Source: Malacoraja senta (taxonomy: Eukaryota). From it: a stretch of 64,000 bases of DNA. A model generated the notes under the pieces. The model was not told where the DNA came from. It saw nothing but the letters and a program-made list of their open reading frames with translations, and made no database searches. Location of the stretch: positions 1,056,001 to 1,120,000 of the forward strand of contig CM075999.1 in assembly GCA_038087875.1 (NCBI GenBank). The letters run 5' to 3'. Below are positions 12,751 through 25,495 of this stretch, piece by piece. The translations under genes and the position numbers were made by a program. Position 1 is the first letter of the stretch. The number at the start of each line of letters is the position of its first letter.

Positions 12751-12779
12751 TATTTTTTTTTTTTAAAGTCTGTTAGTTA

Positions 12780-13092
12780 AGAAATGCAACATGGAAACAG
12801 TCACTTCGGCCCACCGAGTCCACACCGACCATCGATCACCCATTCACACTAGTTCTATGTTATCCCACTTTCACATCCACTCCCTGCACACCAGAGGCAA
12901 TTTACAGCAGCCAAGCAACCTACAAACCTGCACGTCTTTGGGATGTAGGAGGAAACCGGAGCACCCAGAGGAAACCCACACAGTCACAGGGAGAACATGC
13001 AAACTCCGCATAGACAGCACCCGTGGTCAGGATTGTACCCCGGTTACAGGTGCTGTGAGGCATCAGCTCTGCCGCTGCACCACGGAGCCATC
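12780..13092 (-). mobile_element. HE1-related V-SINE variant
   Basis: Core GGAGGAAACCGGAGCACCC on the + strand, head at the right end. Confidence 0.8.
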
Positions 13093-13354
13093 TGCATTAT
13101 AAAGGTTATGTTTCCTTGTTCTATTATAAATGTTACGTCCCTTGTTGTACACTCTTCACACTGTGGGCTTTTTCCATTTGCCTCCTCAGATGCTTTAATA
13201 ACTTTAAAAGGGTAGACAGTCAGAACCTCTTCCCCTGGAAAAACCAAATACTCGAGGGCATAGGTTTAAGGTGAGAAGGGAAAAGTTTAAAGAAGATGTG
13301 AGGGGCAACTTTGTTTTGGGTGGTGAGTGCCTGGAGCACACTGTCAGGGTTGGT

Positions 13355-14192
13355 AGATTAGATTTTATTTCTTGTCATTTGAACCTCAAAGAGGCTCAAA
13401 CGAAACTCCGTTTCCACAACCATACAAACAAAACAATTCCTACACGACACACAAACAATTCAATTTACAGAAAAAACATCCATCACAGTGAATCTCCTCC
13501 TCACTGTGATGGAAGGCAAAGTCTTTTCTCTCCCCTGCACCATTTTCCTCCCGATGTTGAAGCCCCAGGCGGGCAATGTTAAGTCCCACGGCCGTTGAGG
13601 CCGCGCCGGGCGGTGTACGGCCTCGCTCCGGGCCCAAAAGTCACAAAGTTGGAGCCCCCGGCGGGCGCTGGAATGTCCCGCCGCCATTAAAGCCGCGCCG
13701 GCCGATTTACGGCCCCGCTCCGGGTCGTTCCAACCCCGCGACACGGGCGGGAGAAGTTGCGTTGCGGGAGCTCCGGAAAGTGGTCTCTCACCCGGACCCA
13801 CGAGCTCCCGATATCATAGTCCACCGGTCTGCAGCTGGAGCTCCGGAGTCGGGCCGCAGCAACGAGCCACCAACGCTCCTCACGCTCCGAGGCCGGCCAG
13901 CCCCACGATGGTAAGTCCGCAGCTCCGCAGGCTCCGCGACTGGAGCCCCCAGGTCGTCCCGGTCGGAGGCCGCTCCACGGAGCTAGGCCCCAACGACAAC
14001 GGAGACCCGACAGGGAAAAGGTCGGGTCTCCCGTGCAGGGAAGAGATTTTTTTAAGTTTCCCCCTCCCCACCCCCCGCCCCCGCCCCCCACATATACACA
14101 GTTAAAAACAGTATTAAAAAACACAAACAACTACATTTAACTAGACAAAAATAAATTTAAAAAGACAGACAGGCTGTAGGGGCCGCTGCAGT
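13355..14192 (-). mobile_element. Unclassified CpG-rich retroposon-like insertion inside an old CR1 remnant
   Basis: Interrupts CR1-like sequence (13190-13350 / 14225-14390). Minus strand ends AATAAAATCTAATCT. Shares a hairpin block with 38612-38860. Confidence 0.55.
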
Positions 14193-14899
14193 AATCCGCG
14201 CACTTCTAGCCCACAATGTCTATGCTTGAAGCAGATACGATATTGGCATTTAAGAGGTTTTTGGATAGGCACATGGATAAGTATAGAAAATTGAGGAAGA
14301 TAAGAGGTGGTCTTGGCATCGTGATCAGCACAGACATTGTGGGCCGAAGGGCCTGTTTTCGTGATGCACTGGTCTGATTTCTATGTTAAATGCCTTAATT
14401 AGATCAGCATTCAATCCATATCCTTATATATTTACCATTACGAATTTAGACCACGTCTTCTCTCTATTAACGTAAAGTTTGTGTTTTCTGGGCATTAAAG
14501 CAATTATTCTCATAAATGTAATTATCATGAATGCATGGTGGCAAGGAATTCGAAACAGCTGTTAAATGACTAATAATATATTAGTCATAGTTCAACAACA
14601 GAATGATCTTGTCCACGGCATAAAGGCATAACTGATTAATGATATGGGTCCATTTCATTCATTATGCATTCAGTCCTGCCCTTAAATAACATTTAGGGTT
14701 TTTTTAAGTTCTGCGGCATTGCTATTGATCTCAGTTATCTACTAATCTTCTAATGAAGGAGCAGATGAATTTTATATGAACCAAGATAAAGAGGAATGAT
14801 GATCATAAGACTGCAGTTCTGCCTCTCTTTCTGGTGGGACAACGTTTAATTAAACCATTAAAAAGGAGATTATTGAGTCTTTTTTTTTTTTTTTCTTCA

Positions 14900-15095
14900 A
14901 TGGGTTTTCTCCGAGATCTTTGGTTTCCTCCCACACTCCAAAGACGTACAGGTTTGTAGGTTAATTGGCTTGGTATCGGTGTAAAACTGTCCCTGGTGTG
15001 TGTAGGATAGCGTTAGTCCGCGGGGATCGCTAGTCGGTGCGGACTCAGTGGGCAGAAGGGCCTGTTTCCTCGCTGTATCTCTAAACTAAAACTAG
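14900..15095 (+). mobile_element. HE1-like SINE 3' half
   Basis: V-core and tail present. Confidence 0.85.
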
Positions 15096-15431
15096 ATAAT
15101 TCATGGTCCTATTTTGGTAATACCAAAAATGACCTCATAGCAAATGTGAAGGCTGAGGTTGGGACCGAGTCCAAATGCAGGATCTCAATGTTGATCTTCC
15201 CTTGCCTCCACAGATGCTGCTTGCCTCACTGAGCACTTACAGGAGTTTGATTTTTTGTTCTAGATTCTAGCCTGTGCTGTCTCTTGTGCCTCCCTCTTCA
15301 CATTGAAAACATGTTTGATCTGCCAAGTGGCAAAATAACCAGCCTGAATTCCTTTGATCATTCAGGGGTTGGAGACACAGGGTCCTCTTTACCGATGTCG
15401 CAATGGTGCAAGGTATCTTAACCTTAGATGT

Positions 15432-15573
15432 GGGGGTGGGAGATTGCAACCTTCACGTGGTCCGCCCTGTTTCAACGAATGCAATCAACCTGGCTTGCAC
15501 AATCAAATATGATCAAATAGAACAAGTTGTCCCACAACTTTCGGCTGTGCACGCCATACGCAAGAAGAAGAAG
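15432..15573 (+). mobile_element. Short retroposed insertion with (AAG)n tail
   Basis: Perfect 11-bp TSD ACCTTAGATGT (15421-15431, 15574-15584); ends CATACGCAAGAAGAAGAAG. Confidence 0.75.
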
Positions 15574-16487
15574 ACCTTAGATGTCTCATGTCCAGCACCA
15601 ATGCTTTGACCTTCAAGGACAGGTCAGGCACCCTGGGTTCCAGAGCCTACACCCGTTTTGCCAGACCTACACAGGTCTTGGGATATGCGAACCGATGTGC
15701 CCAATCTGGCCGGGCTGGAGTTCCAGAGCCCCAGACACAGGGAGCAAATTCGACCTGCCGCTCGACGCAGAAGTCCCCTTGAGGTCACGATCGGCCGCCT
15801 CACCCGGACTAGGCACCAGAGGTTCTCCAGGAGGGGGATTTTGTCCGGATCAAAGACGGAGCTAACCACCAGTCGCAGGAAAATCGGTAGGAAGGAACTG
15901 CAGATGCTGGTTTACACCGAAGATAGACGCAAAATGCTGGAGTAACTCAGCGGGACAGGCAACATCTCTGGAGAGAAGGAATGGGTGTCGTTACGGGTTG
16001 AGACCCCTCATCAGAATGTGTTGATGAGGCAAGGTTGACATTCAGTGCCCATTTTCATTCTTGGTGAAAAGACAGTGGCAAACCTTCTTCTTGAACTGTT
16101 AGCACTCTCTGACAAGGCGGAGTGACGCTATTTAGACCTCAACTATGCTGGTATGTGGGAGGGGGGAAAAAGGACACAAAATGGTGTAACTCAACAGGAC
16201 AGGCAGAATTTCTGGATAGAAGGAATGGGTGACTTCTTGGGTCAAGACCCTTCTTCAGAAGGGCCTTCAACCACCTCCTCTGGCAGCTCATTCCATACAT
16301 ACACCATTTCTTTGTGTGAAAAAGAAGAAGGGTCTCGACCCGAAACATCACCCATTCCTTCTATACCAGAGATGCTGCCTGACCCGCTGAGTTACTCCAG
16401 CATTTTGTGTCTATCTTTGCTGGAAAATCGTTGGTGGACCTGTATTGGCAAATTTCCTCCTCAGTGTAGTGTTTGATGTAGTCCTAT

Positions 16488-16845
16488 TAAGATGGCGCAA
16501 TGGGCTAAGTGTTCGGCTGGCAACCGGAAGGTGGCCGGTTCGAATCCCGCTTGGAGTGCATACTGTCGTTGTGTCCTTGGGCAAGACACTTCACCCACCT
16601 TTGCCTGCGTGTGAATGTGTGTGAATGTGTGTGAATGTGTGCGAGTGATTGGTGGTGGTCGGAGGGGCCGTAGGCGCAGATTAGCAGCCACGCTTCCGTC
16701 AGTCTGCCCCAGGGCAGCTGTGGCTACAGAAGTAGCTCACCACCACCGAGTGTGACTGAGGAGTGAATGAATAATGCGATGTAAAGCGCCTTGAGTATTA
16801 GAAAGGCACTATATAAATCCCATCCATTATTATTATTATTATTAT
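16488..16845 (+). mobile_element. tRNA-derived CORE-SINE with L2-type tail
   Basis: A box TGGCGCAATGG, B box GGTTCGAATCC, CORE-like GTGTCCTTGGGCAAGACACTT, tail TGTAAAGCGCCTTGAG...CTATATAAA then (ATT)n. Confidence 0.85.
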
Positions 16846-17296
16846 AGTACTGTTATCTGCCCATTTGGTCAATGGATACTAGAATGTCTCTTGATCCTAT
16901 GTGGTCTCTGAACCACACCTCTTAAGTGTTGTCCTACTGTAAGCCAGAAGCCTGCTCTTTACGTAGACAATGAAAACGTGCAGGGAAGATTTACGAGGAT
17001 GATGCCAGGACTTGAAGGCCTGAGCTATAGGGAGAGGCTGGGCAGACTAGGACTGTATTCCTTGGAACGTGGGAAGAAGAGAGGTGGTCTTATGAAATCA
17101 TGAGGAAAATAGATAGGGTGAATGCACAGTATATTTCCCCAGTTTTAGTCACTCTGCTGCAGGAAAGAAATTGCTAAGCTGAAAAAAGGGCAGCAGAGAT
17201 TTACTAGTGGGGGTCGTGGTGCAACAGAAGTTTCAGTCAGCTATAACCAAAATCCACTGCAGAGAGGTTATGGAGTATGACTTGCTATGAGAATGT

Positions 17297-18155
17297 AGGG
17301 TGACTTGGACAGGTTGGGGGAGTGGGCAGATGCGTGGCAGATGAAGTTTAATGCTGATAAATGTGAGGTTATCCACTTTGGTATCAAATAACAGGAGGGC
17401 AGATTACTATCTAAATGGCGTTGGGAAAAGGGGGGAGTACAATGGGATCTGGGGGTCCTTGTTCATCAGTCTATGAAAGTAAGCATGCAGGTACAGCAGG
17501 CAGTGAAGAAAGCGAATGGCATGTTGGTCTTTATAACAAGAGGACTCAAGTATAGGAGCAAAGAGGTCCTTCTGCAGTTGTACAGAGCCCTAGTGAGACC
17601 ACACCTGGACTATTGTGTGCAGTTTTGATCCCCTAATTTGAGGAAGGACATTCTTGCTATTGAGGAGTGCAGCGTAGGTTTACAAGGATAATTCCTGGGA
17701 TGGCGGGACTGTCATATGCTGAGAGAATGGAGCGGCTGGGCTTGTACACTCTGGAGTTTAGAAGGATGAGAGGGAATTTTATTGAAACATATAAGATTGT
17801 TAAGGGTTTGGACACGCTAGAGGCAGGAAACATGTTCCCGATGTTGGGGGAGTCCAGAACCAGGGGCCACAGTTTAAGAATAAGGGGTAAGCCATTTAGA
17901 ACGGAGACGAGGAAACACTTTTTCTCAAAGAGAGTTGCGAGTCTGTGGAATTCTCTGCCTCAGATGGCAGTGGAGGCAGGTTCTCTGGATACTTTCAAGA
18001 GAGAGCTAGATGCGGCTCTTAAAGATAGTGGAGTCAGGGGATATGGGGAGAAGGCAGGAACGGGGTACTGATTGGGGATGATCAGCCATGATCACATTGA
18101 ATGGCGGTGCTGGCTTGAAGGGCCGAATGGCCTACTCCTGCACCTATTGTCTATT
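17297..18155 (+). mobile_element. CR1-clade LINE 3' fragment, (TATTGTC)-tail subfamily
   Basis: ORF 17667..18071 is a CR1 ORF2 C-terminus; stops and frameshifts upstream. Confidence 0.92.
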
Positions 18156-18490
18156 GGTCATTGAGTGATGCAGTGTGGGAAACAGGCCCTTCGGCCCAAC
18201 TTGCCCACATCGGCCAACATGTCCCAGCTACACTAGTATCACCTGCCCGCTTTATGCCCATATCCCTCTAGATCTGTCCTATCCATGTACCTGTCTAACT
18301 GTTTCTTAAACGTTGGAATAGTCCTTGCCTCAACCACCTCCTCTGGCAGCTTGTTCCATACACCCATCACCCTTTTGTGTGAAAAAGCTCCCTCTTCAGG
18401 CTCCTATTAAATCTTTTCCCCTTCACCTTAAACCCATGTCCTCGATTCACCTACTCTGGTCAAGAGACTACGTCTACCCAATCTATCCTT
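18156..18490 (-). mobile_element. CR1 (HER1-like) LINE 3' end sharing its tail with the HE1-like SINE
   Basis: Minus strand carries GGGCCGAAGGGCCTGTTTCC, the motif that also ends the SINEs. Confidence 0.75.
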
Positions 18491-19126
18491 CAAGGTCAGT
18501 TATTGCGTGAGGTTTCTGCATTCACTGAGTGTATTGCAATGAGGGAGTTGCATGAACCAGTTGCACGTGATCTCAGAGTTCTCTGCGCCAATTCCTGTTT
18601 CTTTAAATACTCCTCTATTTCAAAGTCAAAGTCAATTTTATTCGTCACATACGCCCGAAGGTGCAGTAAAATGAATTTGCTGAGGAATGGGTGGAGACGC
18701 ACATCAATTACACTCACGTAAATGCGCGGAATTTCCTTGAGCTAAATAAACAGAATAATACATACTATTCTTCGGGGGGTCCTTAATGAGCTGTCCATCA
18801 GCCACAAGGTTAAATATTCAACTCTTCATCAATCAACCTCATTTTAATGATTGGATCCATGTCCCTCATGGGCGTTGAATTGCAATCACAGTACCTTTTC
18901 CTGTTTTATTAATGTGATTCCTTTTATTCTTTCTGAAAGGGCAAGGCCGACCAAATTCCTGTCTTTCCAAGCGGTATCTCTAAAAATAGGCAAACTACAA
19001 AACTGTATAGGAAGCTGGGTCATGGGACGAGCTCTGATAAAAAAAAATTAAAGGGCTTACTAGCAAGATATCCAAACCCAACACAAGTAACAACTCCACT
19101 GGACAAGCCATCTCATTCAAAATACA

Positions 19127-19550
19127 GAAACACGGAACTGCAGATAAAATGCGTTGGAAGGAACTGCAGATGCTGGTTTACACCGAAGATAGACACAAAA
19201 TGCTGGAGTAACTCAGCGGGACAGGCAGCGTCTCTTTCTGCCCTGGGCCTCTTCCACTGTCAGAACGAGGCCAAATGCAAATTGATGCTGGTTTACAAAG
19301 GACACAAAATGCTGGAGTAACTCAGTGGGTCACGCAGCTGGAGAACGTGGATAGGTGACGTCTTTGGTCAGGACCCTTATTCAGACTCATCATCCCTGGA
19401 GAACATAGATCGGCAACACTTTGGATCGGGACCCTTCTTCAGACTGATTAGTCTGAAGAAGGTTCCCGACCTGAAACATCACTTTTCCATGTTCTCCGGG
19501 GATGCTGCCTGACCCATTGAGTTCCTCCAGCACTTCATGTCTTTTTTTTC
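19127..19550. mobile_element. Cluster of tandem and inverted Penelope 3'-end fragments
   Basis: Repeated GCTGGAGTAACTCAG and CCCTT(C/A)TTCAGACT units; head-to-head junction at 19432-19462. Confidence 0.7.
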
Positions 19551-20215
19551 ATTGAAAATACATCTGTACGTCCAAGTTCTTGGTACATGCATGTTGAGTT
19601 CATCTACAAACAATGATTCCAAAGTACACTACGAGATTAGCTGTGCAGAGCTCCGAGACATCCTGTGAAAGGCACTGAATGATACACAGTATCTTTTTCA
19701 GCCCTCCCACCCTCTTTCATAGATATTCGGAGCCACCCTTCCTTTCCCATCCGAACATAGTCTGGATGTAATTCCTATAGGCCATGCCATTTTGCTGTGC
19801 TGTTGTCCCCCTGCAGTCTGACCACCTATTTCTCATAGAGTCCTAGAGTGATACAGTGTGGAAACAGGCCCTTTGGCCCAACTTGCCCACACCGGCCAAC
19901 ATATCCCAGCTACACTAGTCCCACCTGCCTGCGTCTGGTCCATATCCCTCCAAACTTGTCCTATCCAAGTACCTGTCCAAATGTTTCTTAAACGTTGCAA
20001 TAGTACCTGCCTCCATGAAGCCCCGTCATCACTCCATTGGATGCTAATAACACAAGGATAAATATCTGACCTGGACAAAATAGACTAGAGGGAGCAATAA
20101 ATGGTTTGTTTAACTAATAAGCCATTGAAATGAGAACAAATGACCATGGGGGATAAGCGTGAAGGTAAGATATGAAGATTTCTCTTTATTGCCCACACTT
20201 CTTATGACACAGGTT

Positions 20216-20650
20216 CCTTGGTTTATACTCTCTAGAATTTAGGAGATTGAGAGGGGATCTTATAGAAACTTACAAAATTCTTAAGGGGTTGGACAGGCTA
20301 GATGCAGGAAGATTGCTCCCGATGTTGGGGAAGTCCAGGACAAGGGGTCACAGCTTAAGGATAAGGGGGAAATCCTTTAAAACCAAGATGAGAAGAACTT
20401 TTTTCACACAGAGAGTGGTGAATCTCTGGAACTCTCTGCCACAGAGGGTAGTCGAGGCCAGTTCATTGGCTATATTTAAGAGGGAGTTAGATGTGGCCCT
20501 TGTGGCTAAAGGGACCAGAGGATATGGAGAGAAGGCAGGTACGGGATACTGAGTTGGATGATCAGCCATGATCATATTGAATGGCGGTGCAGGCTCGAAG
20601 GGCCGAATGGCCTACTCCTGCACCTAATTTCTATGTTTCTATGTTTCTAT
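20216..20650 (+). mobile_element. CR1-clade LINE 3' fragment
   Basis: ORF 20247..20552; (TTTCTATG)n tail. Confidence 0.93.
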
Positions 20651-20826
20651 GTTTTCTCAGAAAAAAAGCTGAAAAGACATACATTCATCTTTAAGCAAGA
20701 AATGGATGATGAATTTGTAAATGGTGTCTGCCATATTTAGGAGTTAATTTTAAACCAAGATAAAATGAACTGAGAATAATTGCACAAAATCTCAACTCGT
20801 TCCATATAGTAGTGATGTTGTTAATC

Positions 20827-21290
20827 TGGAAAGGGTGCAGAGAAGATTAACGAGGACCTTGCCAGGACTTGAGGGCCTGAGCTATAGGGAGAGATTGAGC
20901 AGGCTAGGACTCTATTCCTTGGAGCACAGGATCTTATAGAGGTGTATCAGATCATGAGAGGATTAGACAGGGTAAATACACTGAGTAGGGGAATCAAGAA
21001 CCAGAGGACATAGGTTTAAGGTGAGGGGGCAAAGATTTAATAGGAACCTGAGGGGCAACTTTTTTTTAAACAATGGGTGGTGGGTGTATGGAACAAGCTG
21101 CCGGAGGAGGTAATTGAGACAGGTACTGTCACAAGGTTTAAGAAACATTTGGAGAAGTACATAGATAGGATAGGTTCAGAGGAATAAGGACCAAATGCAG
21201 GCAGGTGAGACTAGTGTAGATGGGGCATGTTGGTGGGCAAGGGTGGGTTGGGCTGAAGGGTCTGTTTCCATGCTGTATGACTCTCTATCA
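20827..21290 (+). mobile_element. HER1-like CR1 LINE 3' fragment, diverged
   Basis: CR1 C-terminal similarity plus the SINE-shared tail GGGCTGAAGGGTCTGTTTCC. Confidence 0.75.
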
Positions 21291-21693
21291 CAATGCATGG
21301 ACTTGCTGATTGCTGACATCTTGCCCTCCAATGATAAATTGGAAAGACAAAACTCAATGGGGCAAATCATACTGCACTGTCTGGAATCTTAGTCTATGGT
21401 TCCCATGAGTCTACCCTAATCTAGGCTGGAGATGGAGATGGAGAACCTTGAAGGCAACAATATGCTGGATGACAACAGGACCATGTGAAATACTGTGAGG
21501 CAACCCTAGTCCTATAAATGTAGAAACAAGGAACTGCAGGTGCTGGAATCTTGTGTTGAACACAGAGTGTTGTAGTAACTCAGCGGGTCTGGCAGCATCT
21601 CTGGGGGACATGGATCGGCAGCGTTTCAGGTTGGGTCCTTCTGATCCCATACAAATCTAAAAACCCACGTGGTACTTTGTTTTCTGTCAAAGC

Positions 21694-22049
21694 CATGGGG
21701 CGGAAAACCCGGGGGGGGTCAGAGGGGACACGTCCCCCCCATGTTTTGAGAGGTGGGGGACATCCCCCCAAGTTTTTGTGATCCGTATTTTAAAATCTCC
21801 GCTTTCCGCGAGACAGTGGGGGTGGGACTGATGATCGAGGGCGCGATGATTGGAGGAGGGAGGAGTGGGGGGTGGGACTGAGGATAGAGTGCGGCGATTG
21901 GAGGAGGGAGACGTGGCACAGACCTGCGCCTCATCCGCAGGCAGGATCGATCCCGGCCGGGTCTCCGGCGCTGTCCCGCATGCTCGCGCGGCCGCTAAAA
22001 AATTGTGTCCCCCGTCCCCTCCATGTTTTGATAGCGAGTTCCGCTCTTG
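21694..22049. mobile_element. Non-autonomous hAT-like DNA transposon (MITE)
   Basis: 8-bp TSD GTCAAAGC (21686-21693, 22050-22057); CA...TG ends with imperfect TIR (CATGGGGCGGAA / TTCCGCTCTTG). Confidence 0.75.
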
Positions 22050-22490
22050 GTCAAAGCAGCCGTTGAATTTAACATTAGAGGCATTTAAAAGTAATTCAAA
22101 TGAAGTAAAATAGTTAAACACTTTAAAAACACACAACACAGCACTTAAGAAATGATTATCATGAACCAGGAACCAGGAGAATGTGTCTTCCGCACTACAG
22201 CTATGCTATTGTTCGGATCCCTGGCCATTGCTCCAGCCTCTTATTGCTAATGTGAGGAATGAATTAATTTGGCCCTGTGGTGGTGGGAGGAGGCGAGGTG
22301 GATAGTTCACTTGGCACTGCTGGATGAAGATGATTCGCAAATTCAAGCTGGGCTCTGTGGTTACGAGGACGGAGTATTAAAAGAGCCCACGCCTCACATT
22401 AGTTGTTTGACTGTCCGCTGCTGGCCATGGCTGGATGGAACGGACGTACAGTTTAGAACTGGTCTGTTGGTTGTCCTATCACTTAACTAC

Positions 22491-22690
22491 NNNNNNNNNN
22501 NNNNNNNNNNNNNNNNNNNNNNNNNNNNNNNNNNNNNNNNNNNNNNNNNNNNNNNNNNNNNNNNNNNNNNNNNNNNNNNNNNNNNNNNNNNNNNNNNNNN
22601 NNNNNNNNNNNNNNNNNNNNNNNNNNNNNNNNNNNNNNNNNNNNNNNNNNNNNNNNNNNNNNNNNNNNNNNNNNNNNNNNNNNNNNNNNN
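22491..22690. other. Assembly gap (200 N)
   Basis: Run of N. Confidence 1.
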
Positions 22691-23126
<436 letters not shown>

Positions 23127-25169
23127 CCAGCACTTTGTGTTAATCTTTGGTATAAACCAGCATCTTCAACCCTTGGTTTCTACATTCTATCGATTCTTCT
23201 CCACTCTATCTCATCTTTCTCTAACTCCCCAATTTTTCCCCCTCTGTTTTGCGTTATTGAGATTGTCATTCATCTCGCTGGAACACAGAAGGTTAGAGGG
23301 AGACCTGATACAAATATATAAAATTATGAAAAGTATAGATGGATAAACAGTCAGAACCTTTTCCAGGATTGAGATATCCAATACTAGAGGGCACGTCATT
23401 TGGATGAGAGCCTGGATTTTTAATTTTGGAATTGAATTTTAAATTTTTTTCTCACTTCAGCAGGAGAAAATTCTTGTTTTTTTTATCAACAAATGTTCAA
23501 AATTGTATAAAACTAGATGTTTGGGACAAATATTTTATTAATATACCATTAATGGCATTATATAATCACCTGCCAACACATAACAGGTAACTGCACATCA
23601 CTCAATGCAAGAAATCGTTACCTGCTTTAAATCACTGTGTCAATTTGTCACTTTCATTACATTCATTAAAAAGAATGATGAATATTGATTAAGCACCTGA
23701 GGCTTGCAGCTTTCTAGAAAGTTTCTCTGATGATGGATTTAATGGCTAACAATAATGAATAACTTTTCATCAAATGTTAGCATGAGTTGAAGCTAATATT
23801 TGTCATTCTATCCAGTCCAAAAACATTGCAAAATCTTCTCTGAATTGAAACAAGCTATTCAACCCAAATATGTCCATGTTGACATTAGGGCTTCACATGG
23901 GAATGTCCTTTGCATCTTTATGAAGCCCTGTCAATATACTCTTCCATAACTTTCTTCCTCTTGTGCCATCCTTCAAAAATATCTCCACTACGAGATATTC
24001 TCCATGGCAGTGAGTTTTCTGGAGAATAGAAGCAAAATGAGCAGTCAAGTCATTGGAACATATAAGATGCTTGGCTGAGAAGTTGCCTGGGGATAAACTC
24101 CAGCCAAACACTTCTGCAACCAAGGGTTACAAGCTCAGGGAAAGAGGCCTACTGTTTAGATCTGAGAACTTTGTCCAACAAAATGACTGAAAAATGAGAG
24201 AAAGGTGTAAGTTTGGCAAACCGTATAAACCAATTTTGGACAAACTGGTCCAGGACCACGGAAAAGGGGACATATCGATCACGAGAAGAACAGATTTTGC
24301 CTACATTTTATAAAAGAATTAGCATTCTCAAGAAAATACTAGAGTCTGTATTAGAGGAGGCAATGAAGAAAGTGAAAAGGACATCCATGCGATCATTTTG
24401 GTCGTCCTTATGATTCTTTCTCCTGTAGAATGGACTTTACTGGACTTGTTCCCTTTGTCATGTAACTGTATATTGTGGATGGCTCGATTGTAATCATATA
24501 TAATCTTCACATAACAAAAGCTTTTCACTGTACCTCGGTACCATATGAAAATACACTAAACTAAATGAAAGAAACATTAACCCAGACTGAATGAAAAGAG
24601 GTAGCATGATAGTAAAGAGCAGGACGGACTCCCGAGGCAGATTAGCTTGAACCTGATTCTATGTTGATTATGATTTATCTTTGGTCATAAAATTATGGAA
24701 CCTTGATCATCAGACTATTCATAAATTCGCCCACTAATTATTGGATTTGCGCTCCTTGTGGGGTTTCATTTTTTATTAAGAATGGAGTGTTCTGTGAGGC
24801 CTTCAAAATTAACAATGTGGAATGTGTTTACTGCTAATCTTTGGTAGCCATATCTCCAAATGTCGCTGAATATGTTTCAGGCTGTTGTGCCACTCGGCTG
24901 CGATCCTGCTAAGCCTTCTTCAGGTCTGAACACCCCTGTTTGTCTCCCTTTCTGCAACTTCAAGCTCCAAGACTCTCAGTTAGAAACTCAGAAATTGGAT
25001 CAATTAGCATTTGCTTTAAAAAAATAAAATCCGCTTCACACCTAAAATGATTTAGCACCGTTTAGATTCCGCAAGCAATCGTTTCTAGGTAGCTGTGCGC
25101 CTGTTGCATGATGTAGCATCAGGTTGTAGCTTCTTGAACTCAAGGTGCAGCTTTATAGGACTTTAGTTA

Positions 25170-25495
25170 AAGCCCTGTCCCATTCCAGTTCATTCCAAGA
25201 GCTCTCCCGAGTTTGCCCTGATTCGAACTCGGAGATTTACGGTAATGGCCACTCGTCGGTACTCGGGTTCTCGTGGACATTTTTCATCATGTTGAAAAAT
25301 CTTCACGAGTCTTCCCGTGCTTACCTGCCGTTAGCGAGTCTTCCCGAGTACCTGCCGTTAGCGTTACAAGCCGCTAAGAGACGTCCCCGAGCTCCGACGT
25401 ACCCGCTACGTACATTCTCCGTGCTTACCACAAGTTTGATTTTTTTAAAACTCGGGAGAGCTCTTGGAATTATCTCGTATTGTGGGACAGGGCTA
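25170..25495. mobile_element. PIF/Harbinger-like MITE inserted in an old CR1
   Basis: TIR AGCCCTGTCCCA/TGGGACAGGGCT; TTA TSD (25167-25169, 25496-25498); inner inverted repeat ATTCCAAGAGCTCTCCCGAGTTT/AAACTCGGGAGAGCTCTTGGAAT. Removing it restores CR1 ...TTAGTTAGGCCACATTTGGAG. Confidence 0.85.

Noticed and set aside
13540..14060. CpG-island promoter of a host gene
   Set aside because: The CpG-rich block lies within an insertion that interrupts a CR1 remnant, and no adjacent exon was found.
14566..14588. 10-bp inverted repeat ATGACTAATA/TATTAGTCAT
   Set aside because: Short AT-rich palindrome, plausible by chance.
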